20,858 bases of DNA from NCBI GenBank assembly GCA_964631415.1, contig CAZVZC010000036.1:1-20858 (forward strand), written 5' to 3'. The translations under genes and the position numbers were made by a program. Positions within the stretch are counted from its first letter, which is position 1; each line of letters begins with the position of its first letter. Below, one piece after another: positions 16,933-20,858 of this stretch. The notes beneath the pieces were generated by a model that saw only the letters and a program-made list of their open reading frames with translations, was not told the origin of the DNA and did not search any database. The DNA comes from an uncultured archaeon. GTDB taxonomy: Archaea > Asgardarchaeota > Thorarchaeia > Thorarchaeales > Thorarchaeaceae.

Positions 16933-18957
16933 ATGCGCGGAGTCAACAGTAGCAACCTGAAACTCAAAGTGTTAATCATAGCTGCCGTGATCTTGTTCTC
17001 GACAGTCATGGTTTCCCAGACATCGGCGCAGGCTGACACGCCTGCGACCTACATCATCCCGATGGAAGACTGGATACGAAATGATGATGTTGGTGTCATT
17101 AGACTTGTGAACATGCTGCTGGAAGAAGAAGTTCCAGTCATGTGGGCACAAGAGGCTTTCACTGCAGGTGGAGTCACGTACCCTGCGGGAACATTCTACT
17201 TCCAGACCCCCTTCACCACGAGGCTGGGAGCTACCGGCGCTGAAACAGTCGCTTGGCTCGCGGTTGAAGCGAAAGCGCAGAGGGTCTGGAGAATAGATGC
17301 GACAACAGACGTCACCTTCACAGCCAATGCGACACAACTAGTGGCGCCGAGGATATGTCTGTTCTATGACACCACGACATACCTGAACGCCTTGGTGCAC
17401 TACCAGAAGTTCCAGAGCATGGGCTTCAAAGTGCAGCTTGCAAACGCCATTGATATCTATTCTAAATGGTGGAATGCATCAGGAAGCATTCTAAGTGAGT
17501 CTAACGTATTCACAATGCCAGGAGGCGCTGTGCATCTCTATTCGTTTCCAGCAGGAAAAGCTCGGACCAATGGCATAGGGAACATCACAGAGTTCATCAA
17601 GCACGGAGGCGGATACACCTCAACGTGTGCAGGCACAACAGAATCTTTGATGAATACTCCTTACACTGCCTTGGACCTCGTGAATGCGACCTACAGCTAT
17701 CAGTGGTTCAGCACCACTCTTGGGAGAGGGCTCAATGACTACACGAAGCTCATCGGCCCGATTTCACTGAATGTCACAGTGCCAAACCATCCTGTAATGT
17801 TTGGCTATGGTCCGACAGCTGTTAGGCCAGGATACGACCGAGCACCAGTGTACTACTATGGTGGACCAGCAATGTACGACGTGGGAACTAATGCAACAAT
17901 CCTAGCAACGTTCGGCTCGCCGATTACTCAGCTGGACTCTCCATATGTCCACAACATCTGGGGATCTGCAGCTATCGTTACTGCAATCTATGGTGAAGGC
18001 CACACCGTAGGTTTTTCACCACACCCAGAATGGCCGGGCCCCACGTCAAGACTCTACGCCCAAGCACTGTACTTTGTCAGCCGGCAGCCAAAGGCTTCGT
18101 CACTAGAACCTAGTTCGACCATACCTGCCAGTATCACGGCGGATCGGGTTAGCGCGATCACATCTACGGTAGCCCAAATCAAGCCAGTATTGGAGGAAAC
18201 CATGAGGGTTGCAACCTCAATAGTGAACCTGAGAGTAGGAGATCACTACCACGAGCTGGGAATATTCTACGATTCATCGGTCACAACTTACGCACACGAT
18301 ATCTACGAACAGCTCAATGACATACAGAGAAGTGCACTGCGTTTCCAGTATGAATTCTACAAGCTGAATTCGTTGAAAGCGATGGTGACAGATCCAACAG
18401 CTCTGGCAATGATCGACGAAGCTCAAGGCATGATTGAGAGTTGGTTCAACCTGACAGAGAATCTGCCTTCGGAGCCACACGTGATTCCTTCGACAGACTA
18501 TACCGGCATGGGTCCATTCACACCGTTTGGAGTCGCTAACGAAGCCACCAACTTCACGGGACTAGTCAGCATATTTGAGTACATCAACAACGAAACCATT
18601 ACTGTGCTACTTCCGCTTGCACAGAACTACTCGGTGCGCCTCCAAGAGTATAACGAAGTGAAATACCTCAACCAGACCGCCTATACTCCAGAAGTGAATG
18701 CAACGATGTTCCAACTGTTCAATAACATCAGTGCTACTGCAATCAAGACCAGGACAATGAACTCATTCAGTCACACGCTGAAAATCATGCAGTACAAGAT
18801 TGACTACCATCTCTTGAACATCATCACGATAGGTGACAGGACGAGAGAGATACTGTCATTCGTCGATCATGCCTTGGCCGGTCTAGTCGGTGCATGGAGC
18901 TATGGTATCGTGGAACTACAGGCGTACATAGTGTACCCAGGAGCTAGGTTCCTATAG
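16933..18957 (+). CDS. Secreted class-I glutamine amidotransferase-like (BPL_N-like) putative hydrolase with C-terminal helical region; paralog 1
   Basis: ATG at 16933 lies 1 nt after the permease stop, with GGAGG upstream. The signal peptide is KLKVLIIAAVILFSTVMVSQTSAQA. Motifs are MPGG, FIKHGGGYTSTCAG (Cys codon 17626) and FSPHPE (18022-18030), and there are many N-x-S/T sequons. Confidence 0.8.
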   Translation: MRGVNSSNLKLKVLIIAAVILFSTVMVSQTSAQADTPATYIIPMEDWIRNDDVGVIRLVNMLLEEEVPVMWAQEAFTAGGVTYPAGTFYFQTPFTTRLGATGAETVAWLAVEAKAQRVWRIDATTDVTFTANATQLVAPRICLFYDTTTYLNALVHYQKFQSMGFKVQLANAIDIYSKWWNASGSILSESNVFTMPGGAVHLYSFPAGKARTNGIGNITEFIKHGGGYTSTCAGTTESLMNTPYTALDLVNATYSYQWFSTTLGRGLNDYTKLIGPISLNVTVPNHPVMFGYGPTAVRPGYDRAPVYYYGGPAMYDVGTNATILATFGSPITQLDSPYVHNIWGSAAIVTAIYGEGHTVGFSPHPEWPGPTSRLYAQALYFVSRQPKASSLEPSSTIPASITADRVSAITSTVAQIKPVLEETMRVATSIVNLRVGDHYHELGIFYDSSVTTYAHDIYEQLNDIQRSALRFQYEFYKLNSLKAMVTDPTALAMIDEAQGMIESWFNLTENLPSEPHVIPSTDYTGMGPFTPFGVANEATNFTGLVSIFEYINNETITVLLPLAQNYSVRLQEYNEVKYLNQTAYTPEVNATMFQLFNNISATAIKTRTMNSFSHTLKIMQYKIDYHLLNIITIGDRTREILSFVDHALAGLVGAWSYGIVELQAYIVYPGARFL

Positions 18958-18961
18958 GGAG

Positions 18962-19342
18962 ATGATCTTGGTGACTGAAGGAAACAAAACACAATCTGTC
19001 AAGAGCACACGAGTAGTTGGTGAGCTAGAGATCATTGTCTTCGGAATAGTCGTGATACTATTCTGTTGGTGGCTCTTTGGAGGCTTTGGCTACTGGCAGC
19101 TGCCAGGTCTAGTCATCCTGTTCATCGGCCTCTCCGAACTCATCAACAAGACCCTCGCCCCCAAGGTAGGCAAGACATCAACAAGCCTTCGAGTAGGACT
19201 GCTAGCGACATTCATCGGTCTAGCGGCGTACCTGAGCTTTGCGATGTATGTCATCTTTGGAATACTGCAGATGATCTCCGCGGCGATCATTGTGATTGGC
19301 CTAATCCTTTTGATTAAGGGAATCATCAGCGGTCGCAAATAG
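18962..19342 (+). CDS. Small 4-TM membrane protein of unknown function
   Basis: 126-aa ORF starting 4 nt after the upstream stop, with four hydrophobic spans arranged as two hairpins. Confidence 0.8.
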   Translation: MILVTEGNKTQSVKSTRVVGELEIIVFGIVVILFCWWLFGGFGYWQLPGLVILFIGLSELINKTLAPKVGKTSTSLRVGLLATFIGLAAYLSFAMYVIFGILQMISAAIIVIGLILLIKGIISGRK

Positions 19343-19378
19343 GAATACAATCGGGCTGTCAACGTCTAGTTGAATCGA

Positions 19379-19435
19379 AACATGGGGCTAGTGCGGATCC
19401 TTACCACATTCGCCTCCATGTTCTCTTCTTTTTCT
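19379..19435 (+). terminator. Hairpin plus pyrimidine/T tract closing the permease operon
   Basis: AACATGGGGC...GCCTCCATGTT stem followed by ctcttctttttct. Confidence 0.6.
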
Positions 19436-19687
19436 ATGATTGTCAACGTGAAGATTCCAGCATGCATTCAGGCAACCCTCAGGACAACATGTGTGTTGTG
19501 TACCTCCAGGCCGCATAGGCTGTGGAAACCCCAGCTCACTTTGCGGAGTACTTTCTGTGGCCTTAACTCTCTCTTTGTGTCAGGCCTTCAGCTGGCCAGC
19601 ACCAGAGGAATAGGTTTCTTCGCATAGTCCACAGAGTATACATTCGAAAAGGAGATTCCTCAACTCTCAAGAGGAGTCCTCGTCAGC

Positions 19688-19966
19688 CACGGAGCAGTTG
19701 AGGAAGAGCATTGAGTCACCAGCATTGACGTCTTGGGAAAGAGGTCTACCCTGAAGCACATCACTGGTCCAAACCTTTCCGGAATGTTTTGAGGCATTAG
19801 CTAATTCAATAAACGACCGTATCCCGTCTTGTCTGTTTTAATCATCGTTCACCAGTTAAAGGCCAGCGTGAAAAAAGCACCACAACACAACATAATGCTT
19901 AAGTGACAAAAGGCGTTTCTCGGCCGATTAGGTGCAAATTTGTCCAGTGAGATAAGCAGACTTCAT
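19688..19966 (+). repeat. Copy 2 of the duplicated upstream/promoter region
   Basis: Shares CACRGAGCA, AGGTCTRCC, CACATCACTGGTCCARACCTTTCC, AGTTAAAG, CATAATRCTTAAGT and TAGGT-N6-TTG with copy 1. The spacing from the core block to TTG is 183 nt in both. Confidence 0.85.
19891..19905 (+). promoter_or_regulatory. Putative TATA-box region (CATAATGCTTAAGTG) of paralog 2
   Basis: Homologous to 15296-15310 and at the same distance from the TTG start. Confidence 0.5.
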
Positions 19967-20858
19967 CATGACAACACGAGACTCAAAGTGTTGCTCATAG
20001 CTGCCGTGATCTTATTCTCGACAGTTGCAATCTCCCAATCTTCCGCTCAGGCAGAAACGCCTCAGACTTTCATCATCCCAATGGAAGACTGGGTACGAAA
20101 TGACGATGTCGGTGCAATCAAGCTGATAAACCAGCTGCTGGAGGAAGAGGTGCCAGTCATGTGGGCACAAGAAGCCTTCACAGCAGGTGGGGTCACATAC
20201 CCTGCAGGCACGTTTTACTTCCAGACCCCGTTCACAACGAGGTTGGGAGCTACAAGTGCTGAAACAGTCAGCTGGCTCGGAGTAGAGGCAAAGGCGCAGA
20301 GGGTCTGGAGAATAGATGTAACAACAGATGTGACCTTCACAGCCAATGCAACACAAGTGGTGCTGCCGAGGATATGTCTGTTCTACGACACAAGCACATA
20401 CCTGAATGCTCTAGTTCATTACCAGAGGTTCCAGAGCTTGGGCTTCAAGGTAATTCTCGCGAATGCTGTAGACATCTACTCTGTCTGGTGGAACGCATCA
20501 GGAAGCGCTCTCAGCCAATCCAACGTTTTCGTAATGCCGGGTGGTGCATTGCACCTCTATTCGTTCCCGTGGGGCAGTGGACAGACTAATGGCATCGGAA
20601 ACATAACCGAGTTCATCAAACATGGAGGAGGTTACATCGGAGTCTGTGCCGGCGCGACCGAAGCCCTGATGAACACGCCATACACCAATTTAGGTATCGT
20701 CAATGCATCCTACAGCTATGAGTGGTTCGACTATGACGAAGAGTGGCATCCACACTGGAGAACACTCATCGGACCAATCTCATTGGATGTCCAAGTCCCT
20801 ACACACCCAGTGGTGTTTGGCTACGGCCCCACAGCAGTAAGACCAGGATACGACCAGC
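19940..20858 (+). CDS. Secreted GATase-like (BPL_N-like) putative hydrolase, paralog 2, truncated by the window edge; not in the ORF track
   Basis: Open frame from TTG 19940 to the edge: MSSEISRLHHDNTRLKVLLIAAVILFSTVAISQSSAQAETPQTFIIPMEDW...MPGG...GGGYIGVCAG... It is ~80% identical to 16933..18957 over ~290 aa by manual count. The ATG at 19968 is out of frame. Confidence 0.88.
   Translation, partial: MSSEISRLHHDNTRLKVLLIAAVILFSTVAISQSSAQAETPQTFIIPMEDWVRNDDVGAIKLINQLLEEEVPVMWAQEAFTAGGVTYPAGTFYFQTPFTTRLGATSAETVSWLGVEAKAQRVWRIDVTTDVTFTANATQVVLPRICLFYDTSTYLNALVHYQRFQSLGFKVILANAVDIYSVWWNASGSALSQSNVFVMPGGALHLYSFPWGSGQTNGIGNITEFIKHGGGYIGVCAGATEALMNTPYTNLGIVNASYSYEWFDYDEEWHPHWRTLIGPISLDVQVPTHPVVFGYGPTAVRPGYDQ

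Noticed and set aside
19968-19990. Frameshifted or pseudogenised paralog 2 starting at ATG 19968
   Set aside because: The in-frame TTG at 19940, with the conserved AGGT RBS, gives an uninterrupted frame.
211-20589. Numerous short overlapping or antisense ORFs in the track (e.g. 211..420, 1218..1700, 3171..3812, 8321..8773, 14403..14846, 16972..17337, 20012..20356)
   Set aside because: These are shadow ORFs of well-supported genes with no motifs. The similarity between 16972..17337 and 20012..20356 just mirrors the paralogous genes on the + strand.
1-20858. CRISPR array, tRNA/rRNA, transposase/integrase, reverse transcriptase or DGR
   Set aside because: No regularly spaced repeats, cloverleaf or recombinase/RT motifs were seen. 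The differences between paralogs are not adenine-specific as a DGR TR/VR pair would require.

Overview
Probably archaeal DNA, most like Asgard/Thorarchaeia. This is inferred from the WWLNDT-type Ig/cadherin-like repeats, dense N-x-S/T sequons in exported proteins and TATA-like promoters. The left third (1-6318) is a patchwork of unrelated accessory genes: an AT-richer hypothetical ORF running off the left edge, a membrane protein, a YgiD-like dioxygenase, a double GNAT, an acyl-CoA dehydrogenase remnant, a transglutaminase-like protein and an ICMT-family methyltransferase. The middle holds a ~1440-aa membrane-anchored surface protein (14 LVIVD blades plus 6 Ig/cadherin-like repeats), msrA and a divergent GlcD-like FAD oxidoreductase. 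The right third is the most interesting part. A class III PLP enzyme with an unusual active-site fingerprint is followed by an apparent operon of APC permease, a secreted class-I-GATase/BPL_N-like Cys-His-Glu hydrolase and a 4-TM protein. A second hydrolase paralog follows, missed by the ORF track. It sits behind a colinear ~280-bp duplicate of the permease promoter region and appears to have inherited the permease's first codons. No rRNA, tRNA, CRISPR array or transposase was recognised.
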